A stretch of 64,000 bases of DNA, taken from assembly GCA_964016885.1 (NCBI GenBank), contig OZ024744.1:113460001-113524000 (forward strand), written 5' to 3'. Numbering within the stretch: position 1 is the stretch's first letter; every line of letters begins with the position of its first letter. The notes under the pieces were generated by a model that saw only the letters and a list, made by a program, of their open reading frames with translations, searched no databases and had not been told where the DNA came from. Source of the stretch: Eledone cirrhosa. Its lineage: Eukaryota. The translations under genes and the position numbers were made by a program. Below, piece by piece: positions 38,306-55,468 of the stretch.

Positions 38306-41300
38306 TATTGATATAGACGCCTATTACACGTCGATTTCACCTATCCTCCTTAATAAAGCCTTAATTATGGCCATGCGAATGTCTAGCCTTACGCGACCCC
38401 AGATTGATGTTATACTAGCCGTCCGTAGGACTATCATCAAATTCGAAGATACACTTTGGACGCGTAAAAACACACCCAACAACTTTGACGTTACAATGGG
38501 TTCGAGTGATTCGGCGCAGGTAACTGATCTTGTTGGGCTGTTCCTCTTGAACGAACAGTATGTTAGCTTTCCGCACCTTGAAGGTGCACTTTATCGTGAC
38601 GATGCATTATTTGTGATAAACTCTAGCACTAATAACATTGAGCATAATAGGAAGAAGCTATATAAATTTTTAAAAAATGTTAACCTTTCGATCACGATTG
38701 ATAAGAACGATAGAGCAGTTAACCTTTTAGATGTGACAGTAGACTTGGTCACTAATACTTATAAACCCTTCCACAAGCCAAATGAGACACTCTCTTACGT
38801 TAATCCTACTTCCAACCACCCTAAATCTATGATTAGTTCTATAATTAATGGCGTATCTAATAGAATCTCCACACTCTCTAAGGATATAGGAATCTTTAAT
38901 TCACATGCAGAGTATTATAATAATGCCCTAGCTAACTCTGGTTACTCTGGTAGAATACATTATAAGGAGGACAACCTTGGAATGACTCCGATTACCCACA
39001 ATAACGTAATATCCCATAATATGGCCTTAAATGGGAGAAGAAAATATAGGAATCATAGAAATCGTATAGATATATCCAAACCCAACCCTAAGTTTAGCTA
39101 CCGAAATAGTAATCGTAATAGTGAGTCTAATGGTACGCATTTCGAGATTAGTTCTAGGGAACAGGATAGGCGCTCTGAACGTTCACCCAGTGGTAATGTT
39201 TTAACTGCTTCTAATAGTGTTATTTTAACTGGTCCTCGTATTAACCCCGATCCTATTAATAGGATACCAGATAACGGTAGAGATAGTAAAGGTAGGAATA
39301 GGAGGAGACTCAATACTTACTTTAACCCACCTTATGATCATGAAGTATTAACTAATATCTCTAGGTCTTTCTTTTCTATTTTAGAGAAAAATTTCCCTCC
39401 TACTAATAAATATCATGGTATCTTTAATAAAAATGTAATTAAACTCTCCTTCTCTACCACCCCTAACATTAATTCTCATCTAGCTAGCACTAACAATAGG
39501 AAAATTAGGGACAGCTACTCCTCTTTGCGTACTACTAATCTAGATAGTTCTATTAATAACTTACCATCCGAGCAGATCTTATCTTATAATGACCCTAGGA
39601 ATAATGCATCGCGTAATCAGCTAGTCACTAGTACCCGGAAGTGTAACTGTAGATTAAGTAATAACTGCCCTTTAAATGGTCACTGCCTCTCTAGGAACAT
39701 TGTTTATGCATGTGAAGTTAAGACTAATTCTTCTTGTAGCACATATATAGGCTCCACATCTAATACTTTTAAAACTAGGTTTAATTCACATAATTCTAAT
39801 TTTAAGCATATCAAGTTTAAGTGGGATTTAAAAGGGGCTGGTATACCATATAGCCTAAATTGGCGAATAGTAGCACACTCTAATCACCTATCAACACACT
39901 AAATTCTGTAATCTTTGTATCCTAGAGACCCACTCTATAATTTTCTCTAGGAACATATTGCTTAATAGAAAATCTGAAATATTTTCTTCCTGTCCGCATG
40001 CCATTTCTAATTCTTTCTTCTACTATAGACCTAAAAGTTCTGGTAGTTTAAACCGTATCCATTAGCTGCTATATTTCCTTATCTCTTTGGTTTTAGTTCA
40101 TTATTATTACCATTTTATTAGTTTTCTACGGTTTTTCGATTTTAGTTTTCATAGTCTTTTAGCTATCTTACCCTATCTATCTTCTTAAACATTATTACAT
40201 TTTTACTCACTATTATCGCCTTATAAGTTTGTATCTTATTGAATAGTTTAATTTTGAGTCTCCTACATCTAAAACTAATGAACCTCCTCCTTTCCACACT
40301 TAATATTCGCCCCTTTATATTATTATATTATAGATAAATTTTACTTTTATGCTCCTTTTTATGATATTTTACTTTTATGCTCCTTCCTATCCTCCATGGT
40401 TTCACTTCTTTCTGTTCCCATTGGTCTACCATAGTTTGATTTAGAGTTTTTTCTTTGATAACGTAATTCGTCTGAACGGATCGTAAAATACCTTGATAGT
40501 TTTTATTGAAATATCTTGATTTTATACGACTTTGATGACTTAAACTTTATTCCATTTGAAGTGACCAATAATGTCGTATATGTAATTTTAATATTAATTA
40601 ATTTTATAAGGTTTTCTATTCAATTCTTTGGTTTAGATTAATATCATCTATATTTACCTAACGACTTATAATACCTACGGAACTGTGCTTGTTTTTGTTT
40701 TTGTTCTTCGTTTTATTTTATTTATTTTTTTACTACCACATGCTGTCTGTCTGTCTTCCTATCATATGTTATTGTATCATAATATATCTCCCTATATCAA
40801 TCGTGTAAATATGTCTTAAGCATTTTCCATTGACTCTGTCTGTCTGCTATTATAATATTAACATTGATATATCATATTATTTTTATGTAATTGAATTATA
40901 GATATTAATATATGTCAGATATTTGAGGTACTGTTTCGTTATATTTTGTAATATTTTATGAATGTAAACTGCCTATATACCTCGATGTATTTATTTATTG
41001 TCAATACTTTATGTATTTATATATATATTTTTTTCAACATACTTTAGTTTTATATGATATTTTTTCTTACCCCGTGAAAAACTTTATATACAATTTGTTG
41101 ACCTTAAATGATATGTATGATGTAGTCTTGTATATTTTTTGATGTCAGTATATTATTCTATTGTTTTTTGTATCTATTGTTCTATTGTTTTTTGTAATCA
41201 CCCGTCAGGGTGATTATTCTATTATAAAGAGTTTTTTATAACGAATATATTTATATTTAAATACTTAATAAGTGTTAGTATGTGTTTGTGTAAATGTGTA

Positions 41301-41660
41301 TATATATGGATATATTATATTGTATTCTATATCATATTGTAATTCTCACATTATATTACCATGTTGTGTTTCATGTACTTGCCTTATACTGTACTTTCTA
41401 CATAGGTTTGACATGTTACTCGCTTTCTTGCCCTATAGTCTATATTTGTAACTGCACACTTTTAGCTTTAGAATGCTTTTCCTTGATATCTTTCCTAAGC
41501 TTTCATAGATATAAATTCCCTATTCTTCTGAGTTTTGGCTTGTTCTAGCCGTTAATGCTTCTTGTATCTTTTCTTGCCCTGATGAGTCCTTATTAATGGG
41601 ACGAAACATTATTGGCTAATAAAGACTTTTGATGTATTGAAGGCTTCTTTGTTTATTTCT
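38306..41660 (+). mobile_element. Nematis-like PLE, 5'-truncated RT + GIY-YIG (to ~40045), ~1.6-kb AT-rich 3'UTR with hammerhead and AATAAA
   Basis: [45 protein letters not shown]. Confidence 0.88.
41576..41616 (+). ncRNA. Hammerhead (stem III imperfect)
   Basis: gcc CTGATGA gtcc..ggac GAAAcattatt ggc, then AATAAA. Confidence 0.7.
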
Positions 41661-42054
41661 TATAACATATATATATATATACATATACATATATATATAC
41701 ATGTATATATACATATATATAAATATACATATATATATATACATATATATATATACATATATACATATATATATACATATATACATACATATATATATAT
41801 ACATATATACATATATATATACATATACATATATATATATATATATATATACATATATACATATAAATATACATATATATATATACATATTTATATACAT
41901 ATACATATATATACATATATACATATATATACATATATACATATATATATACAAATACATATATATATACACGCACACACATATATATATACATATATAT
42001 ATACATATATATATACATATATATATACATATATATATATACACATATATATAC

Positions 42055-42126
<72 letters not shown>

Positions 42127-42294
42127 AGATAGGCAGAACAAGCAAAATTCAATCAATTTTTCAAAATAAATCAAAATTAATTTACAATTAAAATTAATCA
42201 AAATTAAAAAATATAATATAAATATTTACCTATTCAGATATCATAGACAACCTATGTATTTCTGGGGGTACCTTATACCTTGAAATATATTAAC

Positions 42295-45203
<2,909 letters not shown>

Positions 45204-45221
45204 ATATATATATATATATAC

Positions 45222-45270
<49 letters not shown>

Positions 45271-45309
45271 AATATATATATATATACATATATATATGTA
45301 CATATATAC

Positions 45310-45362
<53 letters not shown>

Positions 45363-45387
45363 CATATATATATACATACATATACAA

Positions 45388-45504
<117 letters not shown>

Positions 45505-45912
45505 CATATATATACATATGTTTAAAAGGTAACACACCAGAGAGAGGTATATAGTGCGTTATCAATAATACAGGGGAAAAACACCACATATTGTATTTTA
45601 AAGAGCTCAGGACCTCTTCTCCTTTGAGCACATTATTTACAGGGGATAGCGAGGGCCTATGCCTCCGTTAATTTATCGTGGTATATATACATATATATAT
45701 ATATACATATATATATACATATATATATACATATATATATACATATATATATATACATATATATATACACATATATACATATATATATATACATATATAT
45801 ATATACATATATACATATATATATACATATATATATACATATATATATATACATACATATAAATATACATACATATATATATATACATATATATATATAC
45901 ATACATATATAT

Positions 45913-46077
<165 letters not shown>

Positions 46078-46259
46078 CATATATATATACATATATATAC
46101 AGTATTTACGTATCGAGAAAGAGAAAAAAAGGGGAGGATAGGTGATACATATAGTTATTTGCCAAGTAGCGTATGCCAAAGGTGCTCGATACTAGTGCCG
46201 GCAGTATTAAATATTCGAAGTGTTAATATTTAGTGGGCTTGAGAGTTAGCAGAGCGTAA

Positions 46260-47142
46260 GCACGTGGGAAAGTAAAAAAGCGGAGAATAGACCGTTAAAA
46301 CATGTTTATTTAAAACAGCACCTACGTACGTTTCGCCCAGTTGGGCTTCTCAAGAGCATAAATAATCACAAGTGTTCCTTATATTGCTCGGAAAGAGTTT
46401 TGGGGGTTAAATCCACATCAAGGTTCATTGCTCGCAAAAATAGCTTGTGTTGATTTTGCAGCAGGTCAAGGGAGGTAACTCCGGCCGGTGTTAGGGCAGT
46501 CTTTCCCGGACAATTTTATTTTTTTTTGCCGCATCTGTTTGTCTGAGGCTGGGTCTGGTATGCAAGGATTGTTTCCTGGGTGTTATTTTGCAGCGCCTGC
46601 CCGCCGGGGTGTTAAGACTTGTTGCAGGGAGATCCGGTGTACGGTTTCACTCCTCAACCTTAACCCATCTGAAGAAGGATATTTTTAAGCGATGTGTACA
46701 ACTTATCACTGTTTCAGCTCTTATGTTGATGAGCTCGTGGGATGCAGTTATGATGTGGTAGAGCTCCATGAGGCAAAGATCGCATTTCCTCTTGAAGTTG
46801 TACGGTGCAGCCCTACTGACAATCTCCCAGGAAACAATCCTTGCATACCAGACCCAGCCTCAGACAAACAGATGCGGCAAAAAAAAAAAATTGTCCGGGA
46901 AAGACTACCCTAACACCGACCGGAGTTACCTCCCTTGACCTGCTGCAAAATCAACACAAGCTATTTTTGCGAGCAATGAACCTTGATGTGTATTTAATCC
47001 CCAAAACTCTTTCCGTGCAATATAAGGAACACTTTTCATTATTTATGCTCTTGAGAAGCCCAACTGGGCGAAACGTACGTAGGTGCTGTTTTAAATAAAC
47101 ATGTTTTAACGGTCTATTCTCTGATTTTTTACTTTCCCACGT
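46260..47142. mobile_element. Fold-back element, ~320-bp arms, one U3-A8 hammerhead per arm
   Basis: 46260-46579 is the reverse complement of 46826-47142. Confidence 0.88.
47046..47086 (+). ncRNA. Minimal hammerhead, U3-A8 variant; mirror copy at 46318-46358 (-)
   Basis: TTGAGAA gccc aact gggc GAAACGTACGTA. Confidence 0.7.
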
Positions 47143-47200
47143 ACATATATAGATATATACATACACATATAGATATATATATATACATATATATATATAC

Positions 47201-47263
<63 letters not shown>

Positions 47264-47264
47264 C

Positions 47265-47313
<49 letters not shown>

Positions 47314-47394
47314 CATATATATATAATCCGGTTTAGCAAATAATGAAAAAGTTTCAAAATAAATTTTAAAAAATTGACTTTACTTACTAAAGTT

Positions 47395-47478
47395 ACCTTT
47401 ACCGAATCGGTTTCGAATCTCAAAAATAAATGGAGACCATACGACCTTCGTTGCAAAGAAAGATTCTCGTCAGAAGGT
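47395..47478 (-). ncRNA. Hammerhead, canonical core, large loop II
   Basis: acctt CTGACGA gaatct..agattc GAAA ccg att cgg TA aaggt. Confidence 0.88.
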
Positions 47479-47877
47479 TCTTTTCATTCGAAGAATATAA
47501 AATTCTTGAATTTAAATTACGAACTAGCGCTATCCAAAACTGTTCCCAAGATGAGAGTAAATGAAGGGGAATCAATTTTTTCAAGGGCCGAAGTAAAGAT
47601 AGAGGCAGAGGGAGGTAGGTCAAACGGCCACCACTATCACTAGCAGCAGTCGGAACGACCAAATTTTTTTCTCAACATAGAGGAGAATAGTAATAATAGG
47701 ATATGTGTTCCTACACGCACAAAGCGCCAAGGGACACATGTATTGTCCAACCATATGCCAATGTGGTTCAATGGCAGGTTAATAAATTAACGAACCAGAA
47801 TATATATAATCAGGATTAGCAAATAATGAAAAAGTTTCAAAATAAATTAAAAAAGATTGACTTTACTTACTATGGTT

Positions 47878-47961
47878 ACCTTTACCGAATCGGTTTCGAA
47901 TCTCAAAAATAAACGGAGACCATACGGCCTTCGTTGCAAAGAAAGATTCTCGTCAGAAGGT
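47878..47961 (-). ncRNA. Hammerhead, second copy
   Basis: Same motif as 47395-47478. Confidence 0.88.
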
Positions 47962-48169
47962 TCTTTTCATTCGAAGAATATAAAATTCTTGAATTTAAAT
48001 TACGAACTAGCGCTATCCAAAACTGTTCCCGAGATGAGAGTAAATGAAGTGGAATCAAATGTTCTGGCTCGTTAATTTATTAACCTGCCATTGAACCACA
48101 TTGGCGTATGGTTGGACAATACATGTGTCCCTTAGCGCTTTGTGCGTGTAGGAACACATATCCTATTAT

Positions 48170-48217
<48 letters not shown>

Positions 48218-48276
48218 CATATATATACATATATATATATATACATATATATATATACATATATATATATACACAG

Positions 48277-48383
<107 letters not shown>

Positions 48384-48439
48384 TGTATACATATATATAT
48401 TTATATATAAACATATATACATATATATATATATATAGT

Positions 48440-49466
48440 ATGCTAGGGAAAGGATCAGGGGTGTATAACACTCCACTTATCCAGCAGGCAGTATGAGGTT
48501 AGCTCAATGTCTGAGGACAGAGCCGTAATATAATAAATAACAAAGAACGCTTATAGCATATGCATATCTTTACTTGCTAACATTGTTTCATCCGCACTAT
48601 AAGTGGGACTCAGCAGAGCATAAAGGTTAATTACATACCATACAAGCAATAACAAATCCAAGACATTGAAGAATGAAAGGTAATAATAGACGATAAAGGA
48701 TAAGAATAAAAATAAAAGTAAAAATAAAAATAAAAATAAAAATAAAAATAAGGGGTGCTATCAGTCACAGTTGGGCGGGGTGCTGTCAACATATAGTTAC
48801 ATACAAGCATACACATGGATAAGAGAACAGACAAGAGTAGACACATGGATAAGAGAACAGACAAGAGTAGATAAGATAATGGGATTAGGTAAGAGTAGGT
48901 AAAAAATAGGTAAAAAATAGGTGAAAAACAGACTTATAATATATATAAAAAGAAATACAAAGAAATACATAACAATTTTATATAATTTTATATTATTTTA
49001 TCTCATTCCTTACCCTATATTTTATATGTAAGTTTGTTATGTATTTCTTTGTATTTCTTTTTATATATATTATAAGTCTGTTTTTCACCTATTTTTTACC
49101 TATTTTTTACCTACTCTTACCTAATCCCATTATCTTATCTACTCTTGTCTGTTCTCTTATCCATGTGTCTACTCTTGTCTGTTCTCTTATCCATGTGTAT
49201 GCTTGTATGTAACTATATGTTGACAGCACCCCGCCCAACTGTGACTGATAGCACCCCTTATTTTTATTTTTATTTTTACTTTTATTTTTATTCTTATCCT
49301 TTATCGTCTATTATTACCTTTCATTCTTCAATGTCTTGGATTTGTTATTGCTTGTATGGTATGTAATTAACCTTTATGCTCTGATGAGTCCCACTTATAG
49401 TGCGGATGAAACAATGTTAGCAAGTAAAGATATGCATATGCTATAAGCGTTCTTTGTTATTTATTA
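48440..49466. mobile_element. Fold-back element, ~440-bp arms with a ~60-bp loop
   Basis: 48528-48974 is the reverse complement of 49035-49466. Confidence 0.9.
49377..49422 (+). ncRNA. Hammerhead; the mirror copy at 48575-48620 has the core mutation CTGCTGA
   Basis: tgct CTGATGA gtcc..ggat GAAAc aat gTT agca. Confidence 0.75.
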
Positions 49467-49506
49467 TATTATATATATATATATATACATATTTATATAT
49501 ATATAT

Positions 49507-49557
<51 letters not shown>

Positions 49558-49584
49558 TATATATACATATTTATATATATATAC

Positions 49585-49615
<31 letters not shown>

Positions 49616-49617
49616 CA

Positions 49618-49648
<31 letters not shown>

Positions 49649-50148
49649 ACATACATATATGCATATATATATATATACATATATATATATACATATATAT
49701 ATACATATATATATATACGTATATATACATATATATATATATACATATATATATATACATATATATATATACATATATATATATACATATATACACATAT
49801 ATATATATATACATATATACATATAGATATATATATATATACACATATATATATATATATACATATATATATACATATATATATACATATACATATACAT
49901 ATATATATATACATATATACATATATATATACATATACATATATATATATATATACATATAAACATACATATACATATATATATATATACATATATACAT
50001 ATATATATACATATACATATATACATATATACATATATACATATATACATATATATATACATATACATATATATATATATACATATATACATATATATAC
50101 ATATATACATATATATATATACATATATATATATACATATATATATAC

Positions 50149-50199
<51 letters not shown>

Positions 50200-50250
50200 C
50201 ATACGATATTAAACAAATGGAAACTATATTTATAAAACCATATTTATTTC

Positions 50251-50306
50251 ATTATACATATTTCAGCGATACCATATTAAAAATATGGCATGCCTTCGTC
50301 AGATAA
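50251..50306 (-). ncRNA. Minimal hammerhead-like motif in a pLTR fragment
   Basis: CTGACGA ag..gccatatt/aatatggt..ct GAAATATGTA. Confidence 0.6.
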
Positions 50307-50502
50307 AATACAATATATAAATAGTTTTATAAATAATTTTGACGTACCATATTATAAGCGACCATTATATTTGGAAGCTGTCTGGATATATATATATATA
50401 TACATATATGATGATGGCTGCCCCCTCGTTATCGAGTATGGCCATTGCACGAGGAGAAAAAAAAAAAAAAAATAAATAAAAAAAATAAAAGAAAAATAAA
50501 AG

Positions 50503-50565
<63 letters not shown>

Positions 50566-50712
50566 TACATTAATAACAATAATAATAATAATAATAATAA
50601 CAACAATAATAGTAACGACAACAACAATAATAATATACATATACATATATATATACACACACACGCACACACATAAGCATATCTACACACACACACACAC
50701 ACACGATAGCAA

Positions 50713-52223
50713 CTAACAGTGCTGCGATCGAATGTGGCTTTTTAGCCCAGCCAATGATCTAAAATGTCTTGCACAGAGTCGGCAACCAAAACATTCACTG
50801 GGAATAGTCGGCTGTGGTTGGAGTTTCTGTACTTTTGCATGTCGCTTGAGCCCTCCTGCTGATTTACATTCTCTACCACATGTTTGGCAAGCATGATGAG
50901 TAGCATCTCCAACAGCAGCCTGGTAGTCAACCACTGGTCTTACTTTATGACTGCGAAGATGACTTTCGAGTCCAGCTTTGCTTAGGCAGAGTCTCGCACA
51001 TACGCTGCATGTCAGCACCATAGGAGGACCCTCGCCGTCTGGAAGTGCAACAGAAATGCCCTTCCTCACATCCCGCTTTACCTTCTCGTATGCGATTCGA
51101 GATGCCTCAAAGGCAACTTTTCCCTCATATACAGTCTTTCTCCATTTATTACGATCAGCAGCAATATTCTCCTATGTATCAGCAGAGATGTTAGCGTCTT
51201 TCAGAGAGGCTTTCAAGGAATCCTTATACCTCTTTTTTGGTTTATGTGGCGGTCGTTTTCCTTTAACCAACTCTCCATAAAAGAGTTGTTTTGGTATTCT
51301 AGAATCCTTCATCCTAGCAAGGTGACCACTCCAAGTCGTTTGCCATACACATAGATGTTTGGTTCAGTGTACTGCTTACCAGGGGCAGGTTGGTACATGA
51401 CGACGGTTTTCTTGAGACTGACAGTCAGACCTATGGCAGTGCAAGCGTCAGAAAATGCATTCAAAATGTGCTGCATATCACTCTCTGTGTGCGCTACAAG
51501 ATCGCAATCATCTGCATACAAGAGGTCTCTTATGATTGATGTAAATACTTTTGTCTTCGCAGCAAAGCGCCTGATGTTAAATATGCTGCCTGAGGTTCGA
51601 TATCGGATGTAAACACCATGCTCGCAATTCCTGAATGCAATACAGAAAACCATTGCAAAGTATATGGCAAACAGGGTCGGTGCTGGAATATCCCCCTGTT
51701 TCACTCCATTTTTTACTGAGATAGGCTCCGACATGTTACCCCCGACATTAACCCAAGCCTTCATGTCGTCATGGAAAGACCTAACTAAAGCAAGGAACTT
51801 ATCAGCGCAACCAAGTTTCTGGAGAACCTTCCATAATGCACCTCTGTTAACAGTATCGAAAGCTTTTGTCAGATCGACAAAAACCTGATACAGATCCAAA
51901 CCCTGTTCAATGCACTTCTCCTGGAGCTGTCTAGCTGAGAAGATCATATCAGTAGTGCCGCGTCCAGCACGAAAACCAGATTGACTTTCAGGAAGAACAC
52001 AATCTGCAATGTGTGTCAGCAGACGGTCCAGAAGCACCCTACATAAAACTTTCCCTACGACAGAAAGCAATGATATACCTCTGAAGTTCCCACAATCATT
52101 CCTGTTACCCTTTCCCTTGTACAAGACCACCATTACTGCATCTCTCCAGTCCTCAGGTACGGATTCATTAGCCCATATCCAGCCAAACAAAGAGTGAAGA
52201 TGTTGCAGGAGTCTCTCACCACC
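50713..52223 (-). mobile_element. RTE (BovB-like) LINE relic: RT, internal deletion at ~51310, C-terminal C2H2 fingers
   Basis: [36 protein letters not shown]; three CxxC..H motifs in 50713-51069. Confidence 0.85.
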
Positions 52224-52241
52224 ATATACATATATATATAT

Positions 52242-52288
<47 letters not shown>

Positions 52289-52550
52289 CATACATATATA
52301 CATACATATATATATACATTTATATATACATACATATATATATATATACATACATATATATATATACATATACATAAATATATATATATATACATACATA
52401 CATATATATATATATACATTTATATATATACATACATATATACATACATATATATATACATTTATATATATACATACATATATACATATATAACACATAT
52501 ATATATATATACATATATACATATATATATACATATATACACATATATAT

Positions 52551-52614
<64 letters not shown>

Positions 52615-52705
52615 CGAAGGAAATGTGGTAAGGAACCAGGTGGACCATAACGCACCAAAGTACTCAATACTTGAGGTAGTAGAGTGGGTAATAGGAACCA
52701 GTAAG

Positions 52706-52799
52706 ACCCCGACAGCTGAGCTCAAGCCGTTTCGACGGCTAATTCTGGACTAAATGAAAATTTATCCTGGTATTTAAATAGCCGATCTTCTCAAGGGGT
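52706..52799 (-). ncRNA. Full three-stem hammerhead, U3-A8 core variant
   Basis: acccc TTGAGAA ga(t)cggcta..tagccgtc GAAA cggct tgagctc agctg TC ggggt. Confidence 0.78.
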
Positions 52800-53503
52800 A
52801 ATTCCATATATGGTCAAAGTGATTGTCAAAAATCAGTAGTAATTCTGTGGTTGCAAATTAGTAGGGGAGATGGTGGCTAAACCTGCCAGTAGGAGAAAGA
52901 GGGGAGGGGTGGAGTAGACCCAATTAAGCGTTGGTAGTGCCAGCTACAGCTGGGCATGAGGTCAAAGAAGATACAGGGGAGGGGGAGGGGGAGAAAGTCG
53001 GAACGGTAGGTAGAACAATGGGGGGCAGAAATATATAGGAAAGAAAAAATACTGAGAGTGAAGAAAAGCAAATAAGTGTAAAGAAAAAAGTAAAGTAAAT
53101 TAAATTCTACGACCTAGGTCTCTAGCTATTGTTAGGCTAGAATAAATAAATAAAGAAAGAAAGAAAGAAGTAAAGAAAGAAATAAAGAAATAACGAAATA
53201 AGTAAAAGAACTAGGTGGGACGAAATAGGCAGGGACCCTTTTAAGAGGTATAAGTACGTAAATGATACGGTGACGGGTCAACAAAAGGGGCCAAAATACT
53301 AAAGAGACTACCACGAAATAACCAATAAAGGTTTCCACCCGGGCACAATGCCAGCAACCACCCAGTGCAGCAAAGTGAACTAGTACGAGATAATAATTCT
53401 TAGATGGAGAACTTTTTTCTATGACAGATATTGCGACAACCAAGACTTCGGCACCAAGGAGAGATTCGGATTTATTACCTACAAATCTCCGCTCCTGAAC
53501 CCC

Positions 53504-55468
53504 TTGCTCGCACCCTTCGAGAATGACCTCTTCCAACTGGTCAAGAACATTAAATTTAAACCCAGACACAACCGATTCCTACAAAAACTCCGTAGCAACT
53601 TAACAGAGTATGATAACACAAATGACATCATGGTGCATTCGGATAAAACTGGGAACCTATACTTTGTCAACCCTGACAGATACCACACACTGATCAGGAG
53701 CAGCCTAAACTCCACCTATAAAAAGGCCAACCACTCTTGCATCGAGGACATAAATCGAGATGGACAACAAATCACCTCCAGCCTCGGGGTCGCCGACCGC
53801 ACGGAACCTCTAGACCCACGGACACCATACTTCACACTGAAGGACCATAAATCCGATTTTGACCGTAAACCCTCTATCAGGCTTATTAACCCAACGAAGT
53901 CCGACATAGGGAGAATCAGCAAAAAAATCCTAGACCGCGTGATACCAAAAGTCAAGCAACACACCCGACTTAGCCTATGGATCAACACCCAGGAAGTAAT
54001 CTCCTGGTTCAGCAATATGGAGGATAAACGAGAAACTAAATTCATACAGTTCGACATAGAGAGCTACTATGCTTCAATCACCTTACCGCTACTTACTGCC
54101 GCCTTGGACTTCGCCGAAACACTTGTGCCCATCACCGACCAGGAAAGAAAAATCATCCTCCACGCCAGGAAGACAGTCTTACTCTTTGACGACTCTAAAT
54201 GGATAAAAAGAGCTCCCGGCTCACCCTTCGACGTCAGCATGGGCGCCACGGATTCGGCGGAGGTCACAGATCTTATAGGATTATTCCTAATAGCCAAACT
54301 CACTGATATGTTTCCTGCATTCGGTGGTGGATTGTACCGTGATGATGGGCTCCTTACCCTTAAAGGGTACAACCCCAATAGTACAGATCGGGTCCGGAAA
54401 CAATTAATCAGATTCTTCCGCGACTGGGGATTTAAAATAACCCTACAAACGTCCCTGACCCAAGTAAACTTCCTGGACGTGACCCTCGACCTCGAAAACG
54501 ACCTGTACTACCCATACAGGAAACCTAATGACAATCTGCACTACATCCACCGCCGATCAAACCATCCTAGGAACATCACAAACAACCTGGTCAAAAACAT
54601 CTCCCTCCGCATATCCCGTTTGTCAGCTAATGAGCGGATATTCGATGAACATGCGCCTTATTACAACCAGGCCCTCAAGCGGAGTGGTTTCCGGGAGGAA
54701 ATATCCTACTGTCCAGCTCCCATTAGCGGAACCAGCAGGAGACACCGCCGCTCACGCAATGTAACATGGTTCAATCCTCCCCACAACGCAGAGGTGACAA
54801 CTCCCATCGGGAAACTATTCTTTAGGCTCATTGAAAAACACTTCCCATTACAACACCGCTACCACAACATAATTAACAAAAATACCATCAAACTCTCTTA
54901 CAGCACTACACCAAACTTCGCACAAAACATCGTCTCCTCTAACAACAAAAAACTCAACCCCAATGGCAGAAATAACCTAAATAGCAGTGGAGAACCGACC
55001 AGGAGGTGTAACTGCCCGGATAGATCTATTTGCCCACTCGACAATAGATGCAGAGACCGTAATGTGATCTACCAGTGCAACGTGAGGACGGATACCTCCA
55101 ACAAAGCCTATATAGGACTTACCGCATGTGACTTCAAGACCCGGCTATACCAACATAGACATACCTTCCGAAACCCGGCCCGGCGTCACGCCACTACACT
55201 TTCGGGCCACATATGGGACCTCAAGGACAACAACATCACCTATGATCTCACTTGGAGATTACTGTCCAGAGCCAATTCTTACACGGGAGGACGCCGTCCG
55301 TGCAATTTATGCTCGGAGGAAACTTTACAAATGCTGTTTTCGACGGACCAACTCCTAAACAAGAAAGATGAACTGGTTACTGCATGTAAACATAGATTGC
55401 GTAGGACTTACCTCGCTCTCAAACCCCATAATGACCCGGGGGGGGGGGGGGGTAGACTAGGGCTATAA
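53504..55468 (+). CDS. PLE reverse transcriptase + GIY-YIG endonuclease (open frame extends upstream to ~53385, RWRTFF motif)
   Basis: SDKT, LKDHK, RLINP, FDIESYY, MG, LYRDD, FLDV, WFNPP, CNC..CPL..C, VIY..YIGLT, CNLC; no internal stop. Confidence 0.9.
   Translation: MLAPFENDLFQLVKNIKFKPRHNRFLQKLRSNLTEYDNTNDIMVHSDKTGNLYFVNPDRYHTLIRSSLNSTYKKANHSCIEDINRDGQQITSSLGVADRTEPLDPRTPYFTLKDHKSDFDRKPSIRLINPTKSDIGRISKKILDRVIPKVKQHTRLSLWINTQEVISWFSNMEDKRETKFIQFDIESYYASITLPLLTAALDFAETLVPITDQERKIILHARKTVLLFDDSKWIKRAPGSPFDVSMGATDSAEVTDLIGLFLIAKLTDMFPAFGGGLYRDDGLLTLKGYNPNSTDRVRKQLIRFFRDWGFKITLQTSLTQVNFLDVTLDLENDLYYPYRKPNDNLHYIHRRSNHPRNITNNLVKNISLRISRLSANERIFDEHAPYYNQALKRSGFREEISYCPAPISGTSRRHRRSRNVTWFNPPHNAEVTTPIGKLFFRLIEKHFPLQHRYHNIINKNTIKLSYSTTPNFAQNIVSSNNKKLNPNGRNNLNSSGEPTRRCNCPDRSICPLDNRCRDRNVIYQCNVRTDTSNKAYIGLTACDFKTRLYQHRHTFRNPARRHATTLSGHIWDLKDNNITYDLTWRLLSRANSYTGGRRPCNLCSEETLQMLFSTDQLLNKKDELVTACKHRLRRTYLALKPHNDPGGGGGRLGL

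Larger units (their letters stand above)
47325..48172. mobile_element. Tandem (483-bp period) plus inverted pLTR-like module with two hammerheads
   Basis: 47325-47575 matches 47806-48058; 47690-47800 is the reverse complement of 48062-48172. Confidence 0.88.

Noticed and set aside
42260-42292. CTGGGGG..GAAATATA hammerhead-like remnant
   Set aside because: Core too degenerate to support
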